DNA of 64,000 bases, taken from positions 2,468 to 66,467 of the forward strand of contig JACPWY010000007.1 in assembly GCA_016196825.1 (NCBI GenBank). Reading direction: 5' to 3'. Below are positions 40,238-50,546 of this stretch, one piece after another. Made by a program: the position numbers and the translations under genes. The DNA comes from Deltaproteobacteria bacterium. Lineage in GTDB: Bacteria; Bdellovibrionota; FAC87; UBA2466. Every line of letters begins with the position of its first letter. Positions within the stretch are counted from its first letter, which is position 1. Below the pieces are notes generated by a model, which had not been told where the DNA came from, searched no databases, and saw nothing but the letters and a program-made list of their open reading frames with translations.

Positions 40238-40876
40238 ATGATGAGCAACAAAGTGTTAGGGCTTTTGCTTTTGGGTTTATCGCGCGCTGCAATGGCCGCT
40301 ACGGTCATCCCCGCTACAGACATCCCCGGTGGGATGACTCGATCCGCTGAGCGATTCGCGGTGGGTTCCTATCAATTGGTTGTGAGTCCGGCGATGACCA
40401 TATCACCCGGCGGTGCCTACCTCACTTCGGAGCTCCGACACCAGACCAACGAAGAGATGGGGGTGGGTTTTGGATTTGGCGCCGGAGAGATCGGATTCAA
40501 TTTTGGATTTAATGGCGTCTGGCACCTAATGCCCGATTCGGGCAATCAGCCAGCGGTGGCGGTTCTCGGTGGGCTCTACCTCAACCGCATCGATAAACAG
40601 AATTGGTTCGCTCTGAGACTGGCGCCGATGATCAGTAAGGCCTACACGATGGATTGGGGGCGGTTGACTCCGTACGCCGCGCTGACGCTGACCCCTTCGT
40701 TCCGGCTCGGAGAGGCGCAAAATGGCTTTTCGACCAAGGCCTCGATGGGCACGGAGTTCAATTTCGCCGAGATGAAGGGCGTGAGATTCTGGACTGAAAT
40801 CGGAGTGGGCCTCGTCAACAGCGAGCACGAAGCCGTTCTCGGCATCGCCTACCCCTTCGATGAACTCGCCGGCTAG
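40238..40876 (+). CDS. Outer-membrane beta-barrel-like secreted protein
   Basis: GGAG RBS, signal peptide, alternating Gly/aromatic strands. Confidence 0.65.
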   Translation: MMSNKVLGLLLLGLSRAAMAATVIPATDIPGGMTRSAERFAVGSYQLVVSPAMTISPGGAYLTSELRHQTNEEMGVGFGFGAGEIGFNFGFNGVWHLMPDSGNQPAVAVLGGLYLNRIDKQNWFALRLAPMISKAYTMDWGRLTPYAALTLTPSFRLGEAQNGFSTKASMGTEFNFAEMKGVRFWTEIGVGLVNSEHEAVLGIAYPFDELAG

Positions 40877-40893
40877 TCTTCGAAAGGTACGGA

Positions 40894-40913
40894 CTACCTT
40901 TGGGGAAAGGTAG
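40894..40913 (+). terminator. Hairpin downstream of OMP-like gene
   Basis: CTACCTTT-GGGG-AAAGGTAG. Confidence 0.4.
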
Positions 40914-41079
40914 GTTGGGTGTTTTTGAGAGTTGCTTTTGTCCTCCTTTTCGCCGCGGCTGGCGCCAGTGGCGCGTACCATTCCTTCTCGTTTGACTCGC
41001 GCTATCTTTCTGGTGGCAACTCGAACGATGCCGCGGGAAACTTTGGGCCCGAGTCACTTGGGCCTATTGAAAATTTGTG

Positions 41080-41439
41080 TTAGGGCCAAACCCACTGACC
41101 CAGTCGCATGCCGGCGAAGGCCAGGAGCACGCCGAAAATGGGTGCGAGGACGACATACGCTGCGGCGGCCGTGAATTGGCGATTCTCCCACAACAGCACG
41201 CTCTCAAGGGAAAAGGCCGAGAAGGTTGTGAAGCCACCCAAAAAACCCACGCAAAGAATCGAGACCCATTCTCTAGGAATCCGGCGGGAGAGAGCTAAGG
41301 CCCAGACAATACCAATCGCCAATGAACCGAGAAGATTGATGAGTAACGTGGCGTAAGGGAAACCGTCCGGCCAGCTGATGAACTTGGCCAACGCCCAGCG
41401 GGAGAGGACACCGAAAACGCCGGCCACTGCGAGTAACAT
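41080..41439 (-). CDS. crcB: Fluoride channel FluC/CrcB
   Basis: FPYATL..N..GS and GFLGGFTTFS motifs. Confidence 0.93.
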   Translation of the reverse strand: MLLAVAGVFGVLSRWALAKFISWPDGFPYATLLINLLGSLAIGIVWALALSRRIPREWVSILCVGFLGGFTTFSAFSLESVLLWENRQFTAAAAYVVLAPIFGVLLAFAGMRLGQWVWP

Positions 41440-41567
41440 GTGTCTATCTTAGCAAAAAAAAGGGGGCGAATCGAAATCCAAAGTCTTGGGGGCGAGGCTC
41501 AGGCCAGATTCCGAGCCGCCGTGAGGAGTCAACTTTTGATCGATAGTGGAAGTAAGGCTTTTTGTTA

Positions 41568-42260
41568 TCATTCCGCGCCAGGTATTGTTCGCGTATAGAC
41601 GCAGTAATTGAGTGTTTCTCCACGGGGAATAATGCGACCGAAGAGTCCGCAGCCGTTGTCTTGGGTGCAGAGTCTTTCCACAGCAAAGCCGGCTCCTGAG
41701 AATGAGTCGTGATCTCTTAGCTGGAAGGCATCGACACTATTGGATTCAACCCAACTGTCATGGAAGCTTTTGAACTGCGAGAGTTTGCTCGAGTTGCTCA
41801 CCCGCTTCATGATGACATTGTAATCGGAGGCGAGACCGCGCAACAGCTCATGATGGCGCGCCCGCATGTGGGCCGTTCCAATTTCCAGATCATTCACATC
41901 CCAAACGGGCACGACCCTGAGTTTCTTATCCACTACATAGGTGTTGAGAGATGAGCGTTCCGGTGACTCGAGCTCGACCGAGTTCCAGCACCAACCAGTG
42001 TAGACGGTCTCTCTCGCGTGGCTCCTCAACTGCGGCCTGGCGGCCTGGTCGAAGGTCTCCTTGACCAACGCGAAGCTGCTCACGTTGTTGTTCTCCATCG
42101 CCTTGATGATCTGAGCGCCCGCATCGTCCTCAGCTTTACGAGCGCTCCACAGCCTCATGAGTACGCTGTCAGCGGGGCCGTTCTCACCGCCCACACCACG
42201 GCCAACGAGCGCCGCGAGCAGCAAGACAACGCAGCATGTTATTCCGCGAGTAAACATCAC
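41568..42260 (-). CDS. Hypothetical secreted protein
   Basis: 230-aa ORF with signal peptide and several Cys. Confidence 0.6.
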   Translation of the reverse strand: MMFTRGITCCVVLLLAALVGRGVGGENGPADSVLMRLWSARKAEDDAGAQIIKAMENNNVSSFALVKETFDQAARPQLRSHARETVYTGWCWNSVELESPERSSLNTYVVDKKLRVVPVWDVNDLEIGTAHMRARHHELLRGLASDYNVIMKRVSNSSKLSQFKSFHDSWVESNSVDAFQLRDHDSFSGAGFAVERLCTQDNGCGLFGRIIPRGETLNYCVYTRTIPGAE

Positions 42261-42450
42261 ATTCTCTGCTTCTGCTTTCGGTGGAAATGCGAACTATTTA
42301 GGCCTTCTTGTCGTCGGTGCGAATTCTGAGGCTAGTCGTAACATGTAGTCGCATTGGGTTAACTGAACGCGTTATCATTTTTTGACAGGGTTGATGAGGT
42401 GTGTCATCGGGTTCGCTCCTGCTGAGCGCGAGAACGTCCGAAAGAGGATC

Positions 42451-42633
42451 ATGATTCTCGTGTTAGCTTTGGCGGCGATTTTGGGGTGGGCGAACCCTTC
42501 TCCGACCCCAACTCCGACCGAAGATTTCGAGGAATACAAGGCCTACTGGAAGAGTTTCAAGGTACACATCGAAGCTCCGGTCGACGAAAAACCCTTTGAG
42601 GAATTTAAGCAGTCTTTTCTCAGGGGCATTTAA
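42451..42633 (+). CDS. Small secreted protein
   Basis: AGAGGA RBS; MILVLALAAILGWA followed by PSPTPTPT linker. Confidence 0.5.
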   Translation: MILVLALAAILGWANPSPTPTPTEDFEEYKAYWKSFKVHIEAPVDEKPFEEFKQSFLRGI

Positions 42634-44000
42634 AGAGATTCTTGGTTACAGAGTGTTTCTAGGGTTGAAACAGAAGGAGCGCTGTATCCATGCGCCGCAA
42701 TGATTTCGCGGTAGAGCTGGCCCGATCGGCGGATGGAACGTTTTTGTGTTTTGTAGTCGACGGCGCAAAGGCCGAAGCGGGGGCCGAAGCCCTTGACCCA
42801 CTCGAAGTTGTCGAGCAGTGACCAATGAAAATATCCGCGGAGGTCGATGCCTTCCGTGATCGCCTGGGCCACCTGAGTGAGGTGGGAGAAGAGATAGTCG
42901 GGTCGGAGATCATCATCATGATCGGCGATTCCGTTTTCGGTGATGTAAAGCGGCACACCATAACCTTTGAGGAAGTGGCACATGTCACCGAGGCCAGTAG
43001 GATGAATGGCCCAACCGAGATCGGATAGACGGTCGCCCTTTTTGGAAAAGACAATTCCCACCGGGGAGCTTGAGGCCGTGGGGAAAAGGTCGGGGCTGTC
43101 GCCGTGGTTGAATGGGCGACAGGCCACAAAGACGCGTGTGTAGTAGTTGACGCCGAGAAAATCGACCGTTTTACGGCCGCGGGCCTGCGGGACCTGAGCG
43201 GCCATGGGGATGATGCCGAGCACGCCGAAGTGCTGTTCGTTGCCTGTGACGGCGTCGGGCCAGCTGCGGTTGTAGAAGCGGCGAAAAAGACTGGTAACCA
43301 TGCGGTCAATGGGATGAAGCGTTCGGAGCGGGTGGAAATCGATCATGTTGTGCGCGATTCCGACCGCGATAGGGTGATCGCGGAAGGGGCCTTCGCGTTT
43401 TTGGATCTTGGAATGGATGATGTCGTAGGCCTGCACGTGCGCGCGCAACAGATTGCGTGAGGCTTTCGAGACCGAGCGAGGAGAGTAGGTTGCCGGCGGC
43501 ATGTAGCTCGCGATGTATTGCCCGACCACAAGCGTATTAGGTTCGTTGAGGGTGCACCAAAGCGGCACTCGTTTGCCGACGCGCTCAACCACGCGCTTCA
43601 CATAACCAGCAAACCAATTGGCGCTCTTTTCCGTTGTGAATCCACCCTCTCGGGCAAACCACAGAGGGGTTGTGAAATGGTGGAGCGTGAGCATCGGGAT
43701 CAGGTTTCGTTTTTCGCACTCCCCGATCAGATTCTCATACCAATCGAGGGCCTCTTTGTTCCAACGACCACACTCGGGCTCTATGCGAGACCACTCCACA
43801 CTGAACCGATAGCTGTTGAGCCCCAAATCTCGGGCGAGATCGAGGTCTTCGGCGAAGCGATTCCAGTGATCGCAGGTCAGGCCCGAGCCCTCGCCCCCCT
43901 CGATATTTCCCTGGGATTCCCAATCCCACCAATCATTGTGGATGTTGTTGCCTTCGATCTGGTGGCTACTCGTGGCCGCTCCCCAAAGAAAAGCTGTCAT
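42630..44000 (-). CDS. Glycoside hydrolase family 1 (beta-glucosidase)
   Basis: FLWGAATSSHQIEG, TLNEP, ITENG, DNFEW. Confidence 0.95.
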   Translation of the reverse strand: MTAFLWGAATSSHQIEGNNIHNDWWDWESQGNIEGGEGSGLTCDHWNRFAEDLDLARDLGLNSYRFSVEWSRIEPECGRWNKEALDWYENLIGECEKRNLIPMLTLHHFTTPLWFAREGGFTTEKSANWFAGYVKRVVERVGKRVPLWCTLNEPNTLVVGQYIASYMPPATYSPRSVSKASRNLLRAHVQAYDIIHSKIQKREGPFRDHPIAVGIAHNMIDFHPLRTLHPIDRMVTSLFRRFYNRSWPDAVTGNEQHFGVLGIIPMAAQVPQARGRKTVDFLGVNYYTRVFVACRPFNHGDSPDLFPTASSSPVGIVFSKKGDRLSDLGWAIHPTGLGDMCHFLKGYGVPLYITENGIADHDDDLRPDYLFSHLTQVAQAITEGIDLRGYFHWSLLDNFEWVKGFGPRFGLCAVDYKTQKRSIRRSGQLYREIIAAHGYSAPSVSTLETLCNQESL

Positions 44001-45127
44001 CGCGGAGTGACCAACCCGCCCGGGAGAATCTTGAGATCATTGCCGCGCCAATTGATGCGCGAGCCAAGGAGAGACTGCATCCAGATGCCGAGGGAGACTG
44101 GTTCGCGGATAAGCCAATCGAAAAAAAAGGTCCAACCCATCTTGTGTTCCATCCTTATATAGACGGCCATGTCACAGAGTAACCAGATGACCAGATGCGC
44201 AGAGAAAAAAATGGCTGGCGAAACTGAAAAGAGAGTGGCGATCGCAACGAGTCCTGAGCCGAGGCCGAAAAATGGACTGAGAAGCGGTTCGATGAGAAAC
44301 GTGAGCGGAGACTGAGCCTTTCGGATGCGCCCCCAGCGAATGTGGCGCGACCAGAATTTTTGCAGAGTGAGCGGTCCGATGTACTGCTCGATCGGCTCAT
44401 TCATGACGGCGATCTTCATGCCGAGCCGGCGAATCGCAACGCCCGCCATATAATCCTCGGCGATGTAGCGCGAGAGGGTAGAGAGGCCGCCAATGCGCGC
44501 CATCGTGGATCGGCGAAAAACCATGAGCTTTCCAACGACAAAGGGCCAGCCGATGATGGCGGCGAAATACATCCAGCGCGCGTAGAAGCCATTCAAAAAA
44601 AGACATTCGAGTCGGCCGCCGATGAGTCGCCCTTCGCGCCCAGACACAACGGACGTCACGACGCCGACATTAGGTTTGAGATACGTGACGATTCTGTGAA
44701 GCATGTCCCGGGAGGTGCGGGTGTTGCTGTCGCTCACCCAGATGGTGTCGTGCGAGGCGTTCTCGTACGCCTCGAGCATATTGTTCACCTTCGGGTTCGG
44801 GCCGATATGAGCGGAGCTGATGATGATGTTGGCGTCCACGAAGGGGTATTTTCGACAGAGATTCTCAATCACCGCCTGGGCGCGATCACCCGGCTGGAGG
44901 CAGAAGAGGATTTCGAAGAGTGGGTAGTCGAGCTGGAAATAGGTCTCAACACCCTCCTCAAAGCCGGGGTCGATTCCTTTGATGGGCTTGATGATGGAGA
45001 CGCCGACGATCTCCGTGTCATCGATCAAGTCGGAACGCCGATAACAGACAAGCGTGATGAGAGTGGACAGGAACTGGGTGCCGATGCCGAAGGCCCAGAG
45101 GAAAAAAGCTGACCACGCCAGAATCAT
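43997..45127 (-). CDS. GT21 ceramide glucosyltransferase/HpnI-like glycosyltransferase
   Basis: SIIKPIKG, NPKVNN, DS, IAEDY, RHIRWGR. Confidence 0.85.
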   Translation of the reverse strand: MILAWSAFFLWAFGIGTQFLSTLITLVCYRRSDLIDDTEIVGVSIIKPIKGIDPGFEEGVETYFQLDYPLFEILFCLQPGDRAQAVIENLCRKYPFVDANIIISSAHIGPNPKVNNMLEAYENASHDTIWVSDSNTRTSRDMLHRIVTYLKPNVGVVTSVVSGREGRLIGGRLECLFLNGFYARWMYFAAIIGWPFVVGKLMVFRRSTMARIGGLSTLSRYIAEDYMAGVAIRRLGMKIAVMNEPIEQYIGPLTLQKFWSRHIRWGRIRKAQSPLTFLIEPLLSPFFGLGSGLVAIATLFSVSPAIFFSAHLVIWLLCDMAVYIRMEHKMGWTFFFDWLIREPVSLGIWMQSLLGSRINWRGNDLKILPGGLVTPR

Positions 45128-45828
45128 GCCGCTGTCCGATCGTAGAAGACGACCTCCAGCTGCTGACTCTTGATGCTTTGGAGGATGGCCTCTCGAGTTT
45201 TTTCACAATGAAGCTTTGTCTTGTAAGACCGTATCTGGCGGCGGTCGTGGAGATCGCTTGAGGCGATCTTGGGGAGGCTCTCGTTCTTCACGGCCTCGAA
45301 GAGGATGGAGCCGCTCGCCACTTCCCAGGCGTCAAACAATGTCTTGAGCTCCTCTTTGCGATCCCAGAGGTGAAAGGTCTGCTTTTCAAACTTTCCCGAG
45401 AGCACGGGGTGGGCAGCGATGCTGAGCCCGCCTTGGGCTCGAATTCTTTTGCACAGGTCGGCGACATCCCCGTCGGCCGAGATATAGTCATCTACCCCGA
45501 GGCCCAAGAGATGCGCGGACCGGTGGTTAGAAAGAGAATTCTTGCTGAGCTCAAAGCCGGGGATGACGATCATCTGGTACTGCTCCCAGGCCCGGATCGT
45601 CTCCGATTGCAGAATGGCCCTATAGAGGGGGAAGGTGGCCGGCGTGAGGACCTGGTTGAGCCACTGCGAAGCCTTACCGATAATCGAGCCCTCTTCGGCG
45701 ATGTGATCCGTGATAGCGATGGCGCCAAATCCATGGGACCCGTAAAGGTCGATCACTTCGGGAATGGAATGGCGACCATCGCTAAAGTTTGAGTGGACAT
45801 GAAAATCGGCTAAGAACGACGCCTTCAT
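45124..45828 (-). CDS. PHP-domain phosphoesterase
   Basis: DFHVHSNFSDG, AITDH, AHP, SDLH. Confidence 0.88.
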   Translation of the reverse strand: MKASFLADFHVHSNFSDGRHSIPEVIDLYGSHGFGAIAITDHIAEEGSIIGKASQWLNQVLTPATFPLYRAILQSETIRAWEQYQMIVIPGFELSKNSLSNHRSAHLLGLGVDDYISADGDVADLCKRIRAQGGLSIAAHPVLSGKFEKQTFHLWDRKEELKTLFDAWEVASGSILFEAVKNESLPKIASSDLHDRRQIRSYKTKLHCEKTREAILQSIKSQQLEVVFYDRTAA

Positions 45829-45895
45829 GCATGAACAGTATCGGCAACGAATGTCAGGGCCGTGTTGGGGCCTGGTTAGGTTCAAATTAAGCAGC

Positions 45896-48800
45896 CTAAT
45901 CGACCACGGCTTTGGGGGTTGGGCTGAGTTTCCGACGGAGCCAGTCCACCGCTAAGAATGCAACCGGGACCACGACCAGGCTCAAAAAAGTCGAGCTGAC
46001 GAGGCCGCCGATGATGGTGATGCCCATGCTGACTCGTTGTTTAGACGCCTCGTTGAGGCCAATGGCGACTGGAAGCATGCCTGCGATGAGGGCGATGCTG
46101 GTCATGAGGATGGGGCGCAGGCGGACCTTCCCCGCCTCCACAATGGCGTCTTTTCTTTCCCAGCCCTCGCGGATGAGTTGGCTGGTGTAATCAACGAGTA
46201 AGATAGAGTTCTTGGTCGCAATTCCCAAGAGCATCACGCCGCCGATCATCGAATAAATGTCGAGCGATTGATGGGTCAGCTTGAGCGCGAAGAAGGCGCC
46301 ACACACGGCGAGAGGGAGCACCACCATAATCGACAAAGGTGTCGCGAAGGATTCATAAAGACTCGCCAGCACGAGGTAGATGAATAGGATCGCGAGTCCG
46401 ATCGCGAGCAGCATGTTTTCGATGAGCTCTTTGAAGCTCTCGGCCTGTCCGACGTATTGGTACTTGATGCCTGGCGGGAGTTTGTTTTCGCCGCTTGAGA
46501 CGAGCGTATCGATCTCTTTCATCACAGCGTTCATCCCCTCGCCACCGGGGGTCATATCGGCGCCGATCTGAACCGCCCGGCCGCGCTCTTGGCGCGAAAT
46601 CGTCGAGGGGCCGGTCGTTGAGACGGGGTGGGCCACGTTCGCCAGGCGAATGAGGCTCATGTTGACGTTGGGAACATAGATATTGGCAAAATCTTTACGG
46701 ATGTTCCGTTGGTCGGCCTGGAGGCGGACCCGGATATTGTATTCGCGGCCATTCTCACGATACACCGCCGGAGTCATCCCCTCGACCTGGGTTCTCAACT
46801 CCATTCCAATCGCGGCGCTCGAAACGCCGAGGCCCTGGCCCCGGGCATTGTCCCAGACTACTTGGAACTCAGGCTTTCCCGATTTGAAACTGAGCTCGAC
46901 GTCCTTGAGACCAGGGTTCTTTTTCAATTTCTCAAAAATTCCGGTCGTGTAGTCCTGGAGCTGTTTCAGATCATCGCCGACGAAGAGAACGTTGAAGGGG
47001 CGCTGTCCTCCGCCCATGCCGTCGTAGTCTTTCACGATCGGGTTGGCCGAATTGAAGGGCTTCACCTGCTCACGCAGATGATCTTTCACCATGGAGGTGG
47101 TGATGCCCTTGCGTTGTTTGGAGGGAACCAGCGTGACAAAGAAGGTGGCGACATTCGTCTCGCCCTCTGCGTTTCCGAGGATGAGTGTGGAGGCGGCCAC
47201 CTCTTTGTTGTCCCGGATCAGCTCGTCGATTTTGCTGGCGATGGCTTCGGTCGCATCCAAATTGGAACCCGGCTGGAGCTCTAGGGTGACGGAAAATTCG
47301 CCGTTGTCCTGCGGGGGCAGAAAAGTCTTGGGAACATACTTGGCAGTGATGATACTCAAGACAAAGATCCCGAACGCTCCACCTCCTACGACGAATGGGT
47401 GCCGCAGCGTAAACCTGAGCGCCACCTCATAGACCGACACGAGCCAATTTTGGAACCTTTCGAAAGCCGTGAGAAGAGGCCCCAAGGTGACCCGCCAGAC
47501 AGCGCCACCGTCCTTGTGCATTCCACCGCCGAAGTAGGCCGAAAGCATCGGGGCCATCGTGAGAGCGTCGAAGAGGCTAATAGCCATGATGAAGCAAACC
47601 GAAAGGCCGAACTGTTTGAAGAACTGTCCGACGATGCCTTTCAAAAAGCCAATCGGGCCAAACACGGCGATGACGGTCAACGTGGTGGCGATGACGGCGA
47701 GCTGAACCTCCTTCGCCCCTAGAGAAGCTGCCTCCATTGGTTTCTTACCGAGCTCCATGTGGCGAAAAATATTTTCGCGGACCACGATCGCGTCGTCGAT
47801 GAGAAGCCCCACGGCGAGGCTCAGGGCTAAGAGAGTCATCATGTTGATGGTGAAGCCGGCAAGGCTCATCAGAAAGAAAGCGCCGATGAGAGAGTTGGGA
47901 ATTGCGATGCCGGTGATGAGAGTCGATCGGACGTTTCCCAGAAAGAACAGCACGACGATCAGGGTGAGAACGATGCCTATGTAAATCGCGTCGGTCACGT
48001 CTTCGACGTTATCGCGGATGACCTTGGCACCGTCGCGAACGATCGAGACTTGGGGTGTGCCGGTCACGGTCTTCAGTTGAGCATTGATCGTCTTGATGCG
48101 TGAAGTGACAGCATCGGCCACTGCGATCGTGTTGGCGCCAGACTGTCGGAAGATGCTCAGAAAGACACCCTTCTTGCCGTTATTAAAGGTGCGGCTCGCC
48201 TCATCCTCAAGAGAGTCCACCACCCGGCCCAGTTCCTTCACGCGAACCGGGACTTCGTTGCCAGCGAAGCTTACGATGGTATTGCCGATCTCCTCCACCG
48301 ACTTAAACTCCGCAATGCTGCGGACTACAGTGTCGTTGCCGCCTTCGGCCACCTTCCCCGCAGGAATATTTTGCCCGGCTGCCCCCAGCCGACCAGAAAC
48401 CATGGACGCCGCCATCTCGTATTGTTTGAGCTTATTGCGATCCAGGAGCACTTGGATTTCTCTCTTACGACCACCCATCACGGCGACGAGACCGACGCTT
48501 GGGATCTGTTCGAGTTTGGGCCGGATCAGCTGATCGGCCACATCGTAGAGTTTGCCCTCATCGAGGTCAGCCGAGATCGAGAGAATCAAGATGGGCTGAT
48601 CGGCTGGGTCGAGGCGGCGGATCACGGGCTCCTTCACGTCCGCCGGAAGCTTGCGGCGCAATGAGGAAACGCGCTCGCGCACCTGCTGTTCAGCGTACTT
48701 CACATCGGTCTCGAGATAGAATTCAGCGATCGTGATGCCGAGGCTTTCTTTGTTGATCGAGCGCAGGGTCTTGATGCCGGCGAGTGTGCTCAGTTCATCC

Positions 48801-49003
48801 TCGATAGGCTTGGCGATGAGCGTTTCCACTTCAGACGGGCCGGCTCCGGGGTACGGAATCGAAACCACGATGACCGGGAAGGTCACGTCGGGGAAGAGGT
48901 CCACTGGCATTCGTTTGAGCCCCAGGAAACCCACGGCGAGCATGAGGATCACAAGGCATGTCATGAAGATGGGACGCTTAATGGAGAGGTCGATGATATT
49001 CAT
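45896..49003 (-). CDS. RND efflux permease (AcrB/MdtB-like)
   Basis: 1035 aa; DDAIVVRENI, KNSILL, RLRPILMT. Confidence 0.95.
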   Translation of the reverse strand: MNIIDLSIKRPIFMTCLVILMLAVGFLGLKRMPVDLFPDVTFPVIVVSIPYPGAGPSEVETLIAKPIEDELSTLAGIKTLRSINKESLGITIAEFYLETDVKYAEQQVRERVSSLRRKLPADVKEPVIRRLDPADQPILILSISADLDEGKLYDVADQLIRPKLEQIPSVGLVAVMGGRKREIQVLLDRNKLKQYEMAASMVSGRLGAAGQNIPAGKVAEGGNDTVVRSIAEFKSVEEIGNTIVSFAGNEVPVRVKELGRVVDSLEDEASRTFNNGKKGVFLSIFRQSGANTIAVADAVTSRIKTINAQLKTVTGTPQVSIVRDGAKVIRDNVEDVTDAIYIGIVLTLIVVLFFLGNVRSTLITGIAIPNSLIGAFFLMSLAGFTINMMTLLALSLAVGLLIDDAIVVRENIFRHMELGKKPMEAASLGAKEVQLAVIATTLTVIAVFGPIGFLKGIVGQFFKQFGLSVCFIMAISLFDALTMAPMLSAYFGGGMHKDGGAVWRVTLGPLLTAFERFQNWLVSVYEVALRFTLRHPFVVGGGAFGIFVLSIITAKYVPKTFLPPQDNGEFSVTLELQPGSNLDATEAIASKIDELIRDNKEVAASTLILGNAEGETNVATFFVTLVPSKQRKGITTSMVKDHLREQVKPFNSANPIVKDYDGMGGGQRPFNVLFVGDDLKQLQDYTTGIFEKLKKNPGLKDVELSFKSGKPEFQVVWDNARGQGLGVSSAAIGMELRTQVEGMTPAVYRENGREYNIRVRLQADQRNIRKDFANIYVPNVNMSLIRLANVAHPVSTTGPSTISRQERGRAVQIGADMTPGGEGMNAVMKEIDTLVSSGENKLPPGIKYQYVGQAESFKELIENMLLAIGLAILFIYLVLASLYESFATPLSIMVVLPLAVCGAFFALKLTHQSLDIYSMIGGVMLLGIATKNSILLVDYTSQLIREGWERKDAIVEAGKVRLRPILMTSIALIAGMLPVAIGLNEASKQRVSMGITIIGGLVSSTFLSLVVVPVAFLAVDWLRRKLSPTPKAVVD

Positions 49004-50427
49004 TGGGGGCTCCCGAAAGTTTTCATCTGCGCCACGAGCGTGAGAATCTCAGCTTGGGTTTGGATGCGCCCGAATTCGGATTGGGAATAGTCCTGCTCGA
49101 AAGCGAGGATCTGATAGGTGGTGCTGCGTCCCTTTTTGTGGCGCTCCCGTTCGTGGTCGAGTTTATTTTTTTGAATCCGCTCGATGTTAGTCACCAGTTC
49201 AAGGCGTTTCTTCGCCTGTGACAATCTGTTGTTGAGGTCGGTCCACTCGACCTCGACCTCAAACGTTTTTCGTCGGGCATTGAGCTCCGCGGCCTGTCTC
49301 TCTTTGAAGGCCCCTTCGCGGGTGGAATTGATCAGACCAAATTCCAGAGGGGCGATGAGCTTGAGCCCAATGGAGTAGGTCGGAGCGCTCGTTTGGAAGG
49401 AATTGCCCGTGGCTGTGCCGAAGGCGGCATCCCGACCGTTGAGTGCGACGCTGCCGGTGACATCGAATGTCGGCTTATTCTTGTGAAGATAGAGCTCGTA
49501 GGCCGCCTCGGCCGCGCGCAGCCCCTCACGCGCCGCCATCACATCTTCGCGGTCTTTGTTACGGGGAGGAGCATCCATTGCCACGAACTTTTCGGGTGAA
49601 AAATCGACGAGCTCATCGGTGATGGCGTCACCATCGGTTCCCAGGAGCGAAAGAAACGCGCGAATGGCAGAGTGTTCTTCGTCGAGCGCCGCCTGCAGCT
49701 CCATCGTTCTTAACTGCAGTGCCGCGTCGGCTTGGAAGACATCCGCTTTGTCAGCGAGCTCGAGTCTTGCTCGGTTGTCGGAGTAGGCCTTAAGCCTTTG
49801 AGCCCGTTCCAGGCCGCTTCGTTTGACCCGGACCGTTTCTCGTGCGAGCGCGAGCCGCCAGTAGTATTGCTCGGCCTGCATGAGGAGCATTTTGCTCTTG
49901 TAGCGTTCCCCATAGCTTGTTGCGAGCGCCTGCGCCTCCTGGGCCTGGGTTCCGGCAGTGATCTCCGCGCCAAAACCGTTTTTCCAAAGGGATTGCGAAA
50001 TCTCCAGAACGGGCCGAGCTTCGTAAAAGGTGGGGACAGCGAGGAGCGTGGGGCTCACCCCGGCAATCGTTGTGTAGGAAACGAGATAATAGAGCTTCGA
50101 CAGGAGTCCAAAGTTGGTCATCTTGGAGACGCCCAGGGTATAGGTGCTGTTCGTGGTCTCGGTGCCCATGAAGGCTGGCACCGCTGTTGGCTTTGCGTCA
50201 TCGAGGAAGTTCGCGGCGAAGAAGAGATTGGGGGCGAAGATGAGAGAAGAATCCTTTGAGCGAGCTTCGCTTCCTTCGGCGCTATTCTTAGATGCGATGT
50301 ACCCTTCGTGCTTTGTTTTCACATTCTCGAGGTATTGGTGAAGAGTAAGCGGTGCAGCAAAGGAGGCGGTTATCGTTGAGATGAGTGCCAGGACTAGTAT
50401 TCCTAGGTGAGTGTGTCGAGGTGTCAT
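49000..50427 (-). CDS. TolC-family outer membrane efflux protein
   Basis: Signal peptide, two OEP-like helical halves; coupled to the RND gene. Confidence 0.88.
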   Translation of the reverse strand: MTPRHTHLGILVLALISTITASFAAPLTLHQYLENVKTKHEGYIASKNSAEGSEARSKDSSLIFAPNLFFAANFLDDAKPTAVPAFMGTETTNSTYTLGVSKMTNFGLLSKLYYLVSYTTIAGVSPTLLAVPTFYEARPVLEISQSLWKNGFGAEITAGTQAQEAQALATSYGERYKSKMLLMQAEQYYWRLALARETVRVKRSGLERAQRLKAYSDNRARLELADKADVFQADAALQLRTMELQAALDEEHSAIRAFLSLLGTDGDAITDELVDFSPEKFVAMDAPPRNKDREDVMAAREGLRAAEAAYELYLHKNKPTFDVTGSVALNGRDAAFGTATGNSFQTSAPTYSIGLKLIAPLEFGLINSTREGAFKERQAAELNARRKTFEVEVEWTDLNNRLSQAKKRLELVTNIERIQKNKLDHERERHKKGRSTTYQILAFEQDYSQSEFGRIQTQAEILTLVAQMKTFGSPQ

Positions 50428-50546
50428 TCTTTCTCCTGAGAATATCGTTATCCTACACCCTACTAATCAGGTCATTAATATACGGCTACTGAGCGACGCT
50501 CAGCGATAGAGTTTTGTGAAGATTGTGTCGATAAGTGTCCTGAACC

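Noticed and set aside
41440-41570. Fluoride riboswitch upstream of crcB
   Set aside because: No GGCGATGG...TGATG-type consensus; a -10 box sits 6 nt before the ATG, leaving no leader.
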